From: Adineta vaga
Lineage: Eukaryota; Animalia; Rotifera
DNA: 64,000 bases
Assembly (NCBI GenBank): GCA_021613535.1
Contig: CP075497.1
Coordinates: 4,464,001-4,528,000, forward strand
Direction: 5' to 3'
Part shown: positions 14,251-29,771 of the stretch, piece after piece
Layout: each line of letters begins with the position of its first letter
Numbering within the stretch: the first letter of the stretch is position 1
Translations under genes and position numbers: made by a program
The notes under the pieces: generated by a model
The model's database searches: none
Told to the model about the DNA's origin: nothing
The model's input: the letters and a program-made list of their open reading frames with translations, nothing else

Positions 14251-15047
14251 ATGAGTAATCTTAGTACTAGGTAAGAAATTATTTGTATCTCCTATTACTT
14301 ACTGTTAATTAAAATATTTTCTAGAGCTCTTCGAGTCAATGTACCACATGCGATACGATCGAAATTAGTTGTTGGTGGTCAAGTTGCACGACATGAAAAG
14401 ATAAAAACAGTTCTGGGTGAATTATTTCGACAAGAAAGGTATAACTGAAATTTGCTCATTATTTCTCATGAGACAAAAGAATTTTTCTAGAGTAGAAGGT
14501 TACATTCGACCATATGATGAAGCAAGACAGTATGCGGAACGTTTGATTGAATTAGCAAAAAAATATGGTGATCGGTAAGATTGATATTCTCCTTTTAATC
14601 TTTCTATTAAATTGACTTTTCTTTAGACATGTTGGTACCATGCAATTGATGGTAAGAAACATTGAATTTGTATTTTTATTATTGAACTCATCTTGTTTTC
14701 TATATAGGATTATTGGATTACTGATAAAGATCTTATTCATAAAGTATTCAAAGTATATGTTCCTCGTTATGCAAATACTATCGGTCCATATACTAACGTA
14801 TGTTTTCTTTTCTCAATAAATTCATATGAAATTATGTTTTGATTTTGTGTAGTCCTATCGTTTACCGATTGAATATGGTAAATTTCAAGAAACATTTAAA
14901 CAACGACAGAATATTGTACTGGAAATGAAAAATAATCCATATCCACGAATTATACCTGATCCAAGAAATTATTCGAATATTTTAACTAACGTACTTCTTG
15001 ATGAAGCTCGAAAAGAATATCGCAATGAGAAAAAGAAAACAGAATGA
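14251..15047 (+). CDS. MRPL17: Mitochondrial ribosomal protein L17 (bL17m), 6 exons
   Basis: ELFRQERVEG...DEARQYAERLIELAKKYGDRH...MDYWITDKDLIHKVFKVYVPRY...LEMKNNPYP. Confidence 0.9.
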
Positions 15048-18000
15048 AATAAATAGATTTCGCAGGTTTATTATGACATTGTTTTTTGGTGCTTTCTTTT
15101 TTTTGTTAAAATCTGATGAATCTTTCATTGATAAATGTTATCTGTAAATCAAAACAAAAGATTTATAGAGCCGTATTGAGAATAAATTGGTATCATTAGA
15201 ACAAAACTTACAAATGTTGAAGATGGATTTAGTTTTGCATGAAACTATCAATTACAAAGGATAGATTTACATTATGAATAAGAAATGACAGAATATTGTC
15301 AAAAAAAATTGTAACCAGTAAAATAGTTGACAGAAGTGTCGTTGTCTTGTAGTTATTGTAATTAGTACAATAACTGTTGGATTGCTTGATGTATTTGGTA
15401 TATGTTAAACATCTGTGTTTAGTTTCAATCAAAAGTGCATATTGATAAATACATATTTTATATAATCACGAAAACTAGCGATTATTTGTCAAATTTTTGT
15501 TCGTTACAAAGAAAAATTGATTGATTATCAATCTATAGAAAATCTGATCACTCGCCTTTTACTCAAGTATACTTGAGTTAGGAGAGAAATTCGAATGAAT
15601 GTGAAAGACGATTAATGTTACACGACATCTGTTATTTCTGTTTTTGAAAAGTCGCTTCTTAAATCATCAAGTATTCTTAAAAATATTCTGTATTACATTG
15701 AGTACAGATAGTCATTATTCTATATCATTTTCTTTGAAACATCTTGTAATCAACATTGTGCTTCACAACATATTGTTTTTCCATACTTGATGTTTTCGTA
15801 ATCAGCATCAATCAAAGAATGTATAATATAACAGAAAAGTAGTCACAAATGTTATATATCATGTTACCATCGACTCATCTTCTATTCATTACATATAAAC
15901 AAGTTAAAATGGCGTGACGTGAGTTTTGATTGTATAAAAAAGAAGTTTTTTTTTTCAAAAGAGAAATATCTTGATTCGTTAGATCGATTAAAGTTATTAA
16001 GATATATGTTGAATTCTTTTGGTTATAGTGTCAATTTTTTTTGAGTTATGTACATTTTGACAACAAACAAACTGAATAATATCATTTTTCTATTTGTTCG
16101 TCTATCATTATGTCTTGACAGATGTGACAGATGAGACAGATATCTAAAAAAAAGTTTATTTTACTACACTATTTCATTTCGAATAAAACTTATTTAGAAA
16201 TATATATAATATTTATTGACTGATTTCTATCTTGAGAGTGTTTGAGTACATAAGATAATATTATCATAGAGACAATCATAGCTAAAATAATCAGTCCATC
16301 TATCGATAATATATTTTCCATCAACATCATAATGTCATTTATACTATTTTGAGTTCCTACCAGATCTATCCTATTCAAGGTGAAAAGAAAGAAACAGATA
16401 ATTATTTGTATATTCAGTATTACACAATGAACATAGAACTATTAACTTCAACATATTATGCATTAAGAAAGTTGATCTGTGTATAAGAATAAATAAACAC
16501 TATTTAGAGAATAAATCTATCCTTGATTTGATTACATTATGAGGTTTCATATATATTCTTTAATATCGTACTCTTCATATCATTATATTATATAAACTTT
16601 ATTTTCTATACAGGTATTGATCTGTTATCCAAAATACCAACTGTATTACTAGAAAACATTCAATATTCGATTACATATTCTCAATAGTACTATCATGGTA
16701 TGCAATATTGATTTGCCGTATTGATAACGATTACAACAACTAAACACTCGTTTCTGAAGGCGTCAAAACATCTTCTAATCAATTGATTGGTCTATATATG
16801 CCAAAAAAAGACTTCGAAGAAATATCATCGAACATTATATATCGTAAGAATGTCATTTACATACGCTATTCGTTTACTCGACTGATAGTCATCAATCATA
16901 TTGGATATATTTCTTCTTGATAAGTTTATATTCTAGTCTATATTCTTTTTTATTTCATATATATATATATATATATATTTCGACTAATAATAATCATAGA
17001 TGAGTTTTTCTTCTGTTTAATATTTTAGTTCGATATCATAGTTGTTAAACGAGTCATTTATACTGTTAAATAGTTGATAATACTAAGCACTATGATAGAA
17101 AAAAAATCAATCAAATTTATGATTTTTTTTGTCTCATTCGATTAGAATTTCGTTTAGCATTGATTCATATGCATAGCACATTTTATTTGTCTTGTTTGCT
17201 TATTACTCGTTGTTATAATCAAATTAATATATTGTGTTGATTAAGTATTTTCAATAGATTCGTAAACAGATGTATTTATATTAAAACTTGACCTTTTTTC
17301 CTACTACTTAATATTATCCTCAGAAGAATTATATCTTCGTAGAAATATTGATATGATCATATATACATACATAAAGATATTTATCTTTAATATAATTTCA
17401 TCGTAACAATGAATGATTTATTAGTAAAGTATAGTTTATCTCGTCAATGATTTTTTCTATATAAAGAGTTCTTCAATCTGTCTATCTAGTTATTGATATA
17501 AAGACAATCATTTCTGTTGGATTATCCAATAATATTAGATTTTTTAACAATCTGTTAGCTAGTTGAATTCTTCTTCTTCTTGATAGGAGATGTAATAAAG
17601 AAATGTTATTCGAATAGAAGAAAAACGAAGAAGAATTATGGAATGTTTTGTTTCTTTAGAACATTTGTGTTCTATTATTGGGTTTCTCACTCAATCCATC
17701 TTCTTTTTCACTGACATATCCTGAATCAAAAGTACCAGAAAAAAAATTCGAATAGATTATTCCTTCTCATTAATCTTAATTATATGTCGATTCATACCGA
17801 AGTCAATGAACTTTATATTGTAGGCGTATAAGGTGAGAATTAGAAACAAGAACTTTTCTTTCTTCATCAGTTCGTTTCAATTCAATCAGATCAGTGAACT
17901 ACTTGACAACAATGTCGTTTTTTCTATATTGTTAAGTCAAAATGCCACCATACCTCTTTTCTATATCTTTCATCACTTTGCCGAAGGTTATTATACTATT

Positions 18001-20343
18001 TGCAAAGATTATTCTTACATCGACAATCATTCTTACAGGAAATATCTCTACCGAACCATGTGTTTTATGCCTTAATCAAACATAAAAAAGAAGGAAATGC
18101 AAGTACAAAAAGCACTATTTTCCTTTGTTATAAATAGTAAGAGAGAGAGAGAGAAACACAAGAAATCTTTGCCGATATGACCTGAATCGATTGTTGGCAT
18201 ACTTTTATTCATTTGAAATTAAAATAAAAAGCAACAATTGAACAAAGAAAAAGACACTTTTCCACATTGTTAAAAGCAAAGTTTTCTTTTTTTTGAAGTA
18301 ACTTGAGGTTTTTTTTCGATATATATCTTCCAGTCGTATACTTCTCCCATCAACAAGGAAATGGTTGAAGATGTTTAAGTGAATAACTCTTCTTCTCGGA
18401 CAAAATATCACACTTTGAAAAGAGGAAATGCATTTCGATCTTCCGTTAATTAGATAGAGTATCGACAAGCAAGGAATTCTATTTGATTAAAAAGAAATCT
18501 AACGTAGATTGTTTATCCTACTTATTTAAATATAAAGATTAGTTGAAGATAAAATTCTCATTAGTAGTTAGAATTGACAACATTCTTCTAGAGTTTTGTT
18601 CGCTTAGAATATGAGAGTAGGAGAGTGAGAGAAAAGATGATGATGACGACAAAAAACTGAGATTTAGTTCATGAATGAGCTTGCTTTTTTGATCGGAAGG
18701 AAGCGCAAAAGAAACCGAAAAGAATAAGTAATAGAGAGAGAGCATTTTCTTAAAAAGATCCGAATAAGAAACAATCATCGAACACATGAACATTCTTCCG
18801 TTTCATCGAAGTTAGTCGGCCCGATCGGATATCGGCAATGTGGCTACTACGAACGTTTCTATTAAAACACATGGTACCCGCCTACTAGTAGAAGATTAAC
18901 ACATTTTCTCTCTCTGTGTCTCTCTCTTTCTTTTCTCTTTCATATATATATATATATATATCTGTTATGTGTCAATCAATTTTGTTCCTTTACGACATTA
19001 TTATTATGCACTAGTATATATCTTTTTTATTTTTAGTCTTTTCTAGCGGAACGAAGAGGGAATAGAAACGTTGTTGTTGATGATGATAATGATGATGATG
19101 ATGATGAGAATAATAGTGACATTTTCTTTTTTCTATCTTTCTTAGATTTTACCATTTTTCTTTCTTTCTCTCTCATGTTTCTGCTTAAGTTTATACTATA
19201 TTTTCTGGATTCTCGCTTTTTTCGCTTGCCTTTTTGCGCTTTTTCATAGACAATAGATGAGCAAGCAAGATGTTACCCGTCATCACCCTTAAAATACAAC
19301 AACGAACAAAATTGATAGACACTCGACAACATATACCCGTATATATGTTCGGATGTTTTTAACTATCGATATCAGTGAAAAAAAAGCTCTCATTCTCAAG
19401 TCATTTTCTTTTTGAATCGTGCATGATTGTGCGTAAAGAAAATTAAATGAATAAATAAATGTATATGTATATGTAAAGAAGACAGAAGAGCGGACGAAAG
19501 ATAAACTGGCTTTTAGTATTACAACGGGTAAGTTACTTTACGACACGCTTCTATTAGCTATTTGCTACACTGATTAATAACTATAGACGAAACATTTGTC
19601 TGTCAGTCAACAAGAGCATCTGTGTCATCCGACTGTCATTCCTGTTGTCTAATAAGAATAGACAATGACAAAAAACGAATAAATGAAATAACAAGAGGCA
19701 TAAAAATAAAGAATGTATATATATATATAAATGTAGACATATGTTATGAGTTGCTGCGTCAAGTTTTTATCGAGAAAGAATTAGATAGAAACATAGTTCG
19801 ACAGGTGATTTTTGTAAGGAATGCGAAAGACATAAAGATAAAAGGGTTTGATTAAGTATCTCATGCAATCAAATGCAATAATGTGTCGCTTTTCTTCGAT
19901 GGATACCCACGACACATTTGAAAACCGAACGAGTACCCCAGAGAAAACGACAGACACAGTCATTGTAAGAGGCGACACGCATATTAACGAAGAAGCATCA
20001 TTTTTATATGCACCCTATCTATTCTCGTTGACATGCATTGTCGCTTTCTCTATTTGCTTTAGGACTAATCGAAGTAATCGAGCGCAATACAAACAGCGCC
20101 AGATCAACTACAAGTTTCAAATAACTTTGACGATTCTAATAAAATCATCAATTATAAAAACAAATCATTCGTTCTCGCTTAGTTTTTCTCTCCATCAGAA
20201 CAACGTGTATTCTTTCTTCGCTGTCATTGGGTACGATGAAGTCCATATATGTATAGATTTGTATGGAATAATAGCATTGATAGTGTCAAACAACGAGACA
20301 GTTTTATCGTTTCTTTGTCATTTGATCTCATATCTGTTGGATA

Positions 20344-23005
20344 ATGTTGTTTACGCCTACTTTACCAATGCCTGTAGAATCAGTGTCATCTACTGAAAAG
20401 GATGAAACGTCATTGCCAACATTACCAACATCACACACACCTTCTGTATCCAATACTAAAGGCACTGAGAATCGACCTCGTGCTGTCTCTACATCATACA
20501 ATGCCACACATACTATCAACGGGCCACCAGATAATCGTTTTTTATCGACCAGTCAGACTCGTTTTTCTCAGTTACCCGATCAAGATTGGTTCTATTCTCC
20601 ATCTCCATCTTCACCATCTCGTCCATCGGTTCAGTATTTAACACCTGCATCGTCGAAAATACCAAAGAAAAAATCAGCAGCGGCTGGTCGACGCGTTTCT
20701 TGTCCAGTTGCACGTAATCCAAATAAAAAAGAAAGTCGTTTTCGCTTTCCCAGTACTATAACATCAACGATTCGTGATGTACTGATGACGAATATACATT
20801 CAACAAATCAAAATGATATCTCACATATTCCCAAGACATCAACAGCAGGAAGTGTTCGATTAAGTAGTGCTTTCTTACCCGTTGCAAATCCAGTAGCAGC
20901 CGCTGCTCTAGTCGAAGATGATGAATCAACAATCGAAGAAGGAAGGCAATCTATTACACCTTCCATAGATACACCGCGAGGTAGTGCACATTTTCATCGG
21001 ACATCAACCGAATGTTCTGCAAGTAATGCTCCAAATCAAACATATAATAATAAAGCAATTTTAAATGTTGGTGGTGTTCGACATGAAAGTAAAATTGATA
21101 GTTTTTATTAACGAGAATTATCTTGATATTTCTAGTTTTATGGCGTACACTTGCTCGTTTACCAAGCACTCGACTTGGTCGTCTAGCACGATTACGTAAA
21201 TCAACAGGCCCGTCAATACGGTCGATGCCACACGATGAATTAATACGTTTATGTGATGATTATGATTTGTCAAATGGAGAATTTTTCTTCGATCGTCATC
21301 CTCGTTCATTTACATCCGTGATTAATTTTTATCGTACAGGCAAACTTCATCTAGTCGATGATATTTGTGTTATATCATTTCATGATGATTTAGTCTATTG
21401 GGGTATTGATGAATATTATTTAGAATTATGTTGTCAAAATAAGTATCATCAAAAAAAAGAACATGTTCTTGAAGAAATGAAAAAAGAAGTTGAACTATTA
21501 AAAGTAGAAAAAGGAGAAAGTTTCGGTGAACATTGTTGTCCAAATACTCGACGAAAAGTTTGGGACCTTGTTGAACATCCTCATACGTCAAAAGGAGCAC
21601 GCGTATGTTATCTGTTTATTCTTTTCTTTTCTTTTTCTAAGAAAAATTATTTTATAATTAAATTTAGATTATTGCATTTGTCAGTATTGCCTTTATCCTT
21701 CTATCATCATTCACATTGACAATAAGTACAATCGAGGGTATAAAAGAAATCGAATGTTCCTATGTAAAAACATCATTTGACTATTTTTTGTAAAAAAATG
21801 TTTTAGGTATTGGTTGTACACCGAATATCACTGAAGCTGATGCTGCAATGGAAAAAGCAGCTGGAGTTGCTGATGCTGATGCTGTACATATTGCTGCAAA
21901 AGCTACTGCTCGCGAATTCACAACTGAACATCATGAAACAGAAAGTGATTGTCGTGAACCATTACCATTATTTATTATTGAAGCATTATGTATATCATGG
22001 TTTACAATTGAATATTTAATACGTGTTTATGCCACACCAAATAAATGTAAATTTTTCAAAGGTGTTCTCAATACAATTGATTTAATTGCTATTGTACCAT
22101 TTTATGTGTCAATTATTCTTGAAACATTAGATACAGGACATTTAAAGAATTTAAAATCCGTTCGAAAAGCTGTACAAGTCTTTCGTGTACTACGTATTAT
22201 GCGTATACTTAAACTAGCACGACATTCAACTGGTCTCCAATCATTAGGTTATACATTAAAACGAAGTTACAAGGAATTATCTATGTTATTGATGTTTCTT
22301 GCTATATTTATCTTATTATTTTCAAGTTTAGCTTATTTTGCTGAAAAAGATGGTAATGCTATTCAATTTCGATCGATTCCACATGCTTTTTGGTGGGCAA
22401 GTATTGTAAGTGAAAAAAAAACGTACTATTTAGTTTTATTTTCTTAATTATTTTCTTTTATTTTCAAAACAAAAAAGACAATGACAACTGTTGGTTATGG
22501 TGATATCTATCCGAAATCTGTGTGGGGTAAATTAATTGGTTCTGTTTGTTGTGTATGTGGTGTACTTGTTATTGCTTTACCGATTCCAATTATTGTTAAT
22601 AATTTCGCAGAATATTATAAAGAACAATTACGTCGAGAGAAAGCTTTAAAACGTAAAGAAGCTATTGATCGTGCTAAAAAGAATGGATCGATTATTTCTA
22701 TTCAATCACAAAGTTTAGCTAATTCAAGGCTATCGACTGGGGATATTCAAGGACGTCGAGCAAGTACATTGAAATGTCGTTCAAGCATAGTACAATCAAC
22801 TGATGAACCTTTACATGATCCAGCATGTTATGAGAAGAAAGTCCCAATAACATCGATGAAACAAATTCCATTTACACTTGATCTTTTTCCCGATGCACAT
22901 GAGAATTTAAAATTACATGAAGACGATGTTAAAGAAGCATTGCTGACTGTACAAGATAATCCCATTACAGATGAAAAGAATATTGCAACATCAACTGATA
23001 TTTGA
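20344..23005 (+). CDS. Shab: Voltage-gated K+ channel, Kv2/Shab subfamily, 5 coding exons
   Basis: T1 domain [46 protein letters not shown]; S4 [23 protein letters not shown]; pore TMTTVGYGD; S6 [14 protein letters not shown]. Confidence 0.93.
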
Positions 23006-23820
23006 AAACTTCGTACAGTGTCGATGAGTGAAGAAAAAAGAAGAAGAAGAAGAAGAAGTTTTTTTCGTTTGTTTATTTTTAATGTCTTGTGTATAATTTA
23101 CAATATTTGTTGTTGTCTGGTTAAATACGAAAGAGGAGATGTTATTTTTATGATAAGCCGGTTTTTTTTTGGATAAAATTTTAATTGATTTTCCAATAAA
23201 ATGTTTGTTTCTGCTCGAATGTTTTTCTCTTAAAAATTATTAATCAATAGATACTTTTTGACGATTGTCAAGTATCAATTGTCAATGTTTTTGATTCATT
23301 ATTTTACTCTTATATATGTTGATCAATGTTTTCAGAAGTTCATTTGTCGACAGGGTATATCAGTAATTGAATTTTTATTGTTACATAACTTGATTTAGAA
23401 ATCCATAGGAGACATGTTATGATATACATTAAATTTAACATTGAACTTGTAATTCAATAAACTTACAAAAAGTAATCTTAAATAGTCGTTACATTTTGTT
23501 TGAAAATGATATTTTAACATTAGTCGTGTATTTCGTGCATATAAAGTAGTCAATTTCTAAAAATATATCTGAAATCATATTTCATCTGTCTTATTATTAT
23601 TCTAATGAATTACAAAAGAAGACTTTTATTACAAGTGACTTCGTGATCAATGAAATAATTTCTTTTTTTGTTCAGTTTATCAAATGACAAATTTTTTTTG
23701 AAAAGATACATACTACATCAATGGTATACGTGTGCAATGTTTACTAGAAATTCTACAATCAAAGACAGAAATATTGGGAGATAAAGGTGAAAAAGAAGAC
23801 GAAGAAAAAATGAAATGTTA

Positions 23821-25334
23821 TTAAACGTTGCTCATATGATTTCTAGAAGAAGGTTCGAAATTTCGATATAGATGCTCGATGATTTGTCCAGCTGCTAATT
23901 CATCTGTATTATGAGCAATTATTTTAAAGATAAGAAATCCATCTAAATGCATATATTCTGTAAAATCTGTATCGTTAGCTCGTTGATCCACTCTGTTAAT
24001 TTTTGATGTCGTTGTCAATAAACTTTCCGTTTCCGGTGTAGTCGTTCTGCTCACATGTAAATATTTTCTAGTTGTAGATAATCGACGACCAGCAGTTAAT
24101 GAGATAATCCAAGTTATCATAGATATAACATTCAAAACTGTGAGTACTAACAGCCAAATCCAAATACCAAGAAAGATCTTTTCATTATACATATTAATTG
24201 GTAAATTACATTGAATTGCATACCAATGTTGATTTGATCCTAAATGTCGAATCATAAAATCACACATTGTTACACGAGGAAATCGAGGTGATTCAAACCA
24301 ATCGTCACCATTAAATAATTTATTCAATGCTTCAACACCATAACCAGTAAAATGAAATGAAAGAAATGCATTTAGTAAAAAGAATTGTGCTAATGTATTG
24401 ATAGTATAGAGTATCTTCACAATGAAATACGTTATTGTATAACCGAAATAGAAATTTCGACAACGAATACCACAACAGTTCGTTCCATGTAATGTATTCA
24501 ATCGATCTAAATAGGATTTAAGTGTTCGTTTGACGAAATCAACACCTTTTTCAGCATCTGGTTTATCTTTAATAGTTTGAACGAGCCGTCGAATATTGAG
24601 ACCAGCTAGTCGAGCGAAAGTATGCCAAACGAATTTAGGTAAGAGAAAGAACATAGCCATGCCAAGAAGAATAAAAGGAGTCCATTGATAGTAAGAACTA
24701 AAAATGGACAATGAACTAATGAATATGGATAATTTAAGTGAACAATTACGTACACATGGTAAAGACGTGGTTTCGATCGATCAGGAATGTTTACTAAAAT
24801 AAAATATATATATGAAAGATATGTGACAATTGAGAGTAAGATTATAAACTATTCTATCGCTCAGTATTATTATCATAGTACTTATTTCATCCTCAAGTAT
24901 GTTTGTTTATTTAGATCACAATAGACTCTTTTAATTTATATACATGGTGTGTAATAGAAACAAACGAAAGATAATTTAAATAAGATATTCTCTGACAAAT
25001 GTAACAATTAGACAAAATAAAACATACTTTCTTCTGTTGGGAGATAATAGGATCCTTTCAGCCAACAAATACTATTTGTATATGCATTATGTGTACCGGT
25101 AAATTGTGCTATAATATAAACAGAAATTAAATAATATGAAAACCTTGTACTAAATTAACCTGGTGTCCAACAATTGATCGGATCGCCTACATAAGTCTTC
25201 CCTGTAATTATGAAAATACACAACATTAATACCATTACAGTATATCGACTATTAAGACGATCGATAAAATCATCATCTTCAAAATGATTCAATTTTCGTC
25301 CATAACGATCTTCGGAAATTAAGATTTTTTCCAT
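23821..25334 (-). CDS. Innexin 1, 4 exons
   Basis: DDDFIDRLNSRYTV..VGDPINCWTPAQF..ICW, YYQWTPF, FPRVTMCDF..QCNLPINMYNEKIF. Confidence 0.95.
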
Positions 25335-27062
25335 TTTAAACCCAACTATTCAAAATTATACTATGTATCCAATAGACTTCCTTTGAATACGTATGTTTAT
25401 GTGAATCGAAGTAGTTTTTATTATTTCATTTTATTTTCATCGTCATGACGTTCGTTTTTTTTAAACATTTTTTGTGTATTTTTCTCTGTCACTCTATTCC
25501 TCTCTCTCTCTCTCCTTCTTTCCCGCTTAACCGCCGTGTTCTTTTGCTTTCGTTTGTCCATCAGCATATAAAGAACAAAGTATACAAAACTTGAAAATTT
25601 TTGTATGGTTCCCTCATCTACTTCTGGGCTTTTTTTTGCCTGTCAATGACATATCTACATTTTTTACGTCTCTTTCTTGCAGCTATTATATATGTCCGCT
25701 TTGTAGCAACACTGCTAAATGAAGTGTGAGGTATGTTTGTTATGAAAGTGGTAACGATCAAAGAAAAAAAACGAAGAAAACGAAGAAAAAATATTGGATT
25801 TGAAGTTGAGTGCGCCCAGAAGTGACGCGTCTTTTTTCACTCAGTGTCTCAATTCACATTTTTTTTTCATTTACTTTTACAGTTCTCAATGCCATCAGTT
25901 CGGCAATTTTTCAATAAAAATAATTTGAGTGTAGAGAAGAATTCAATTCGTTTTTATCGAAAATTGTGGTTACTTATTGATGTTGTTCATAAGTGTTATT
26001 CGAAGCCACAAAAACTACCAATCAAAGTAAACTCAATTCGTTGACAAATAATACTTTTCTTTGCGTAATATACCGAAGAGCAAAAGAAACGAATGAAGAC
26101 TCGATATACAATGATATTTCAATTGATTTGTTGTTCTTTTCCATTGAATAAAAAGTCTTTTCTTTACTTGTCAATGGATCAGATCAATCATGTCTGTAAT
26201 ATAGAACATCACTAATGTCGATACAAGTCTTGTGATATTAACTTTAAAGAAAAAAAAAGAAGAAGAAATATGTGAAAGAAAAAAATATGAATCTACTATG
26301 TGAAGAAACCTCTCAACAGCGTTTACATTATTATTTGTATTAGTAGAAAGGTTGATCGAACTAGATGAAAGCCAGTCAATATGAAATGTTTGAATAAATG
26401 TCAGTATTCTATAAAGCACGTCATTTCATTGGCTTAGTTTATGTCATTATGATTAAGTTTCGAAATAAAAATAATACTTTTTCTAAGTTAACAGGGAAAT
26501 TTACATTTGATTTAGTTTGTAACTTTAAATGAGGAACCTTTCGAAGATATTTCCGAATTAACATATATATATGCACACAAAACGTACTTTCAAATGTTGT
26601 TTTATGTTAATGACATTATGAGATATGATTTTAATAAATAAATTAACATACTAGTGTTTGCTCATTCAGAACAAATCGGATTATGGTAGAGAAAGTCAAA
26701 TCTAAAGTTTTGAATGAGTGAATACAGAGAAAAGAAAGAAGAAATTTACAAAATAATTATTAGATGTTGGGATAGCGGCATTATATACTAACGAATGTGT
26801 TGTATAGATATCATTTGTTCAATTGTAACTTATAAGAAACTGGATGTGCAATCGAATAGTATAAAATAGTGCTATAGAGATGTGTGATCATTTTATGTAT
26901 TGTTTCAGAATAAAGATAGTAATAAGCAATATTATAATTTGCACTTTTTCATTATTACTTTGAAATCTGTATTTTTTGCGAAAGAAATCATAGAAGAGTA
27001 ACATTCTTCTTATATTATGAATAAACTTTATTTAGTTATAAAAGAAAAAAAAATGTGTTCTT

Positions 27063-28525
27063 CTATCTTCGACTATTAATACGAAGGTAATCTCCACTTG
27101 ATGGAACTCGAGTATGATTATCATTATCTTTATTTTCTTGTTCAATTGAATATGAATAACTACTCAATAAACTACCAACTAGAGTAGCCATAAGAGTATC
27201 ATTTGTATTTTGAGCAATGATTCGAAGTACAAGTATACCATCTTGTCGTAAATAATTGTTGATAAAATCATCTTGTTCATTTGTTCTTAATTCAGGAGCA
27301 ATCATATGCAAATATTTATCAAGAAATCGAGAACCAATACTACTATAAATTGTTATAAGACATAAAATAAACGATACACATGTTAGAACAGTTAGAGATA
27401 TAAGCCATCCCCAGAGAATTACAAATATAAGCTCATTGAAGAGATTTATTGGTAAATTACATTGAATTACCCTAAAATATGATTTCAGTTAAGAAACAAA
27501 GTAAGATAAGGAACTTACATTCCATGTTGATTAGAACCAAGATGTCGTACCATGAATTCACACATAACAACACGTGGAAACCATTTGGAATCTTTCGGTT
27601 CAGTATTTGGTTTTCGATTAAGATTTTTCGTAATTGTTACCAACCATTCATAACCAAATTCCAGAAAAGAAAAGGATAAAAATTGACTTAACAAATAAAA
27701 TTGACATAAACAATTCAACATGTAAAGCAATTTAACAAATAGATAGAGAGAACAAAGAAAATTCTCTAAAATTAAATAAAAATATCGATCATACAATTGA
27801 TAATAGTTGTTATTTGAACTTACGACGTAAAATTGAACATTGAAAGAATTTTCCTAGATGATTATTAGATTTATAACGATGGTGAACATATTTCGATGAA
27901 TTATATTTAAGAGTTGTATGAATCTGCGATGCTACTCGATTAATATCATCTTCCGACCCTTGTTTTGTATCGCGAATTAATGAACGAAGATCAAAACCAA
28001 TTGATCGACTTAGAGTTCGCCTAAAAAACATTAATCACGAATAGATGATCTCTTTTTTCTTTGAAATTTTGATCATAAATCATTTACCAAAGCATATGAG
28101 GCAAATAGAACAACACAGCCATTGCAAGTAACATATACGGAATGAATTGATAATAAGCGACACGAAATTCCGGATTTTCCGTACGATGAGGAATCAGTTT
28201 TTGATCTACCTCCAAATAATACGTACCTTTAAGCCAGCATATACTATTTGTATATGAAATTTGAGATCCAGAAAAATGTGCAGGAGTCCAACAAGAAATG
28301 GGTTCTCTACGAAATCAAAAAAAGCAAAAGTATATGCATCGATTGTGTATCATTGTGTGTTTCTCGCTTTTTTTGTTACCCAACAAATTGTTTAGCACTA
28401 ATAAATGTAGTGAATGTTACAAGAAGTATAACTGTGAAACGATGATTGAGTCTATCAATAAGATCATCATCAGTCTTATGCAATTGACCAACTTGTTCAA
28501 ATACTTTTGTAAACGATGAAGTCAT
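27063..28525 (-). CDS. Innexin 2, 5 exons
   Basis: DDDLIDRLNHRFTV..CWTPAHF..ICWLKG, YYQFIPY, FPRVVMCEF..QCNLPINLFNE, YLRQDGILVLRI. Confidence 0.93.
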
Positions 28526-29771
28526 GATTATTCTAATGTATACGATTTTTTTTTCTTCTATTCTACGAAGACCTGTTTCACATGATAATAATATATAAAC
28601 GAGAAAGAAAAGAATACAAGGTTGATACGTGACTATATTGTTAATGAGTCAGACCATTCACATTAAAATACAAAGAGAAAAGAATGTGTTAAGTTAGTTT
28701 CATATCAATGTGAGATCAGGTTTAATTATGTGTGTTAGAATTGAATTCATAGCATGTTGAATAGAAGATAGTATATAAAATATGTATGTGTTTACTTTAT
28801 TGAACAATTCTCCAGTGTATATGATGATATGCTTCTCGATAGGATGTGTTTTTTCTCTGATTAAAATTATTAATGAAATATATATATATATATATCAGAT
28901 TTGAAACGAAGACATCTATCATATTGTAAAATAGAATTATGTGTTGAGGAATAAGTTCATACAGAAGAATGAAGAACATCTTTTCCATTTATGATTAATT
29001 ATTTTAATTTCAAGGAAAAAAATGCATTTATCTCGTGTGTCTACTTAAAACTATTTTCTTGCATTAGATTTCATTAGATGGAAGCTAAAAAGGGCATCAA
29101 ATTATTTTATATCACGACGTCAACTCAAATTTCTTATTTAATAATTCAAATAACTACTTCCCTAAGAAAAAGAAACGAAGAGAAGAGTTAAGTAACCGTA
29201 AAAATGAATATTTCATAGACATTCTTTTCTTTGTCAAAGATTTATTTCAACAAAATTCCCATGATACACATCAATCTTTGTGTGAATCGGTCGAAGTGTT
29301 GTTATCTGAATCGAGACAAGACATAGAGATTGCTCTAGTCAATTTCTGTGTTGAAATGCTTAATGAGATGACAAGTTTTCTTTTTCTCCCTCTCTCTCTC
29401 TCTTCTCGACATCATTCCTGGAACAGCAAAAGAATGTACTAGGCAAAGACATTGATGACGATAGAATAATTCATCATAATGAAGAGGAAGAAAACGAAGT
29501 GGAAGAGAGAAAGAGGCTGGTTCATTTAATTGTTCTCAAGTGAATAGATGTATGAAAACTTCGATTTGAATATAAGTCTTATTGAGTGAATGTATAGAAG
29601 AGAAAGAAAAGAAAAACGAGAGAAAGACATATACTAGTAAAATCTCCAGAGTGCTTTGAAAATAGATAGGACAGAGAGAGAGTGAGAGTGAGAGAAAAGA
29701 GTTTGTCGTGAATAATTGAGCGTGCAAGCACATAACAAAAGCATATAAAGTCAGTTGGTAACGTGGAAACT

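Noticed and set aside
15100-20340. Short ORFs, microsatellites and an 18-bp palindrome (15561-15578) upstream of Kv2
   Set aside because: The ORFs are low-complexity F/I/L-rich frames with no motifs. The region is probably regulatory or 5' UTR intron DNA, and a single palindrome is not enough to support a feature.
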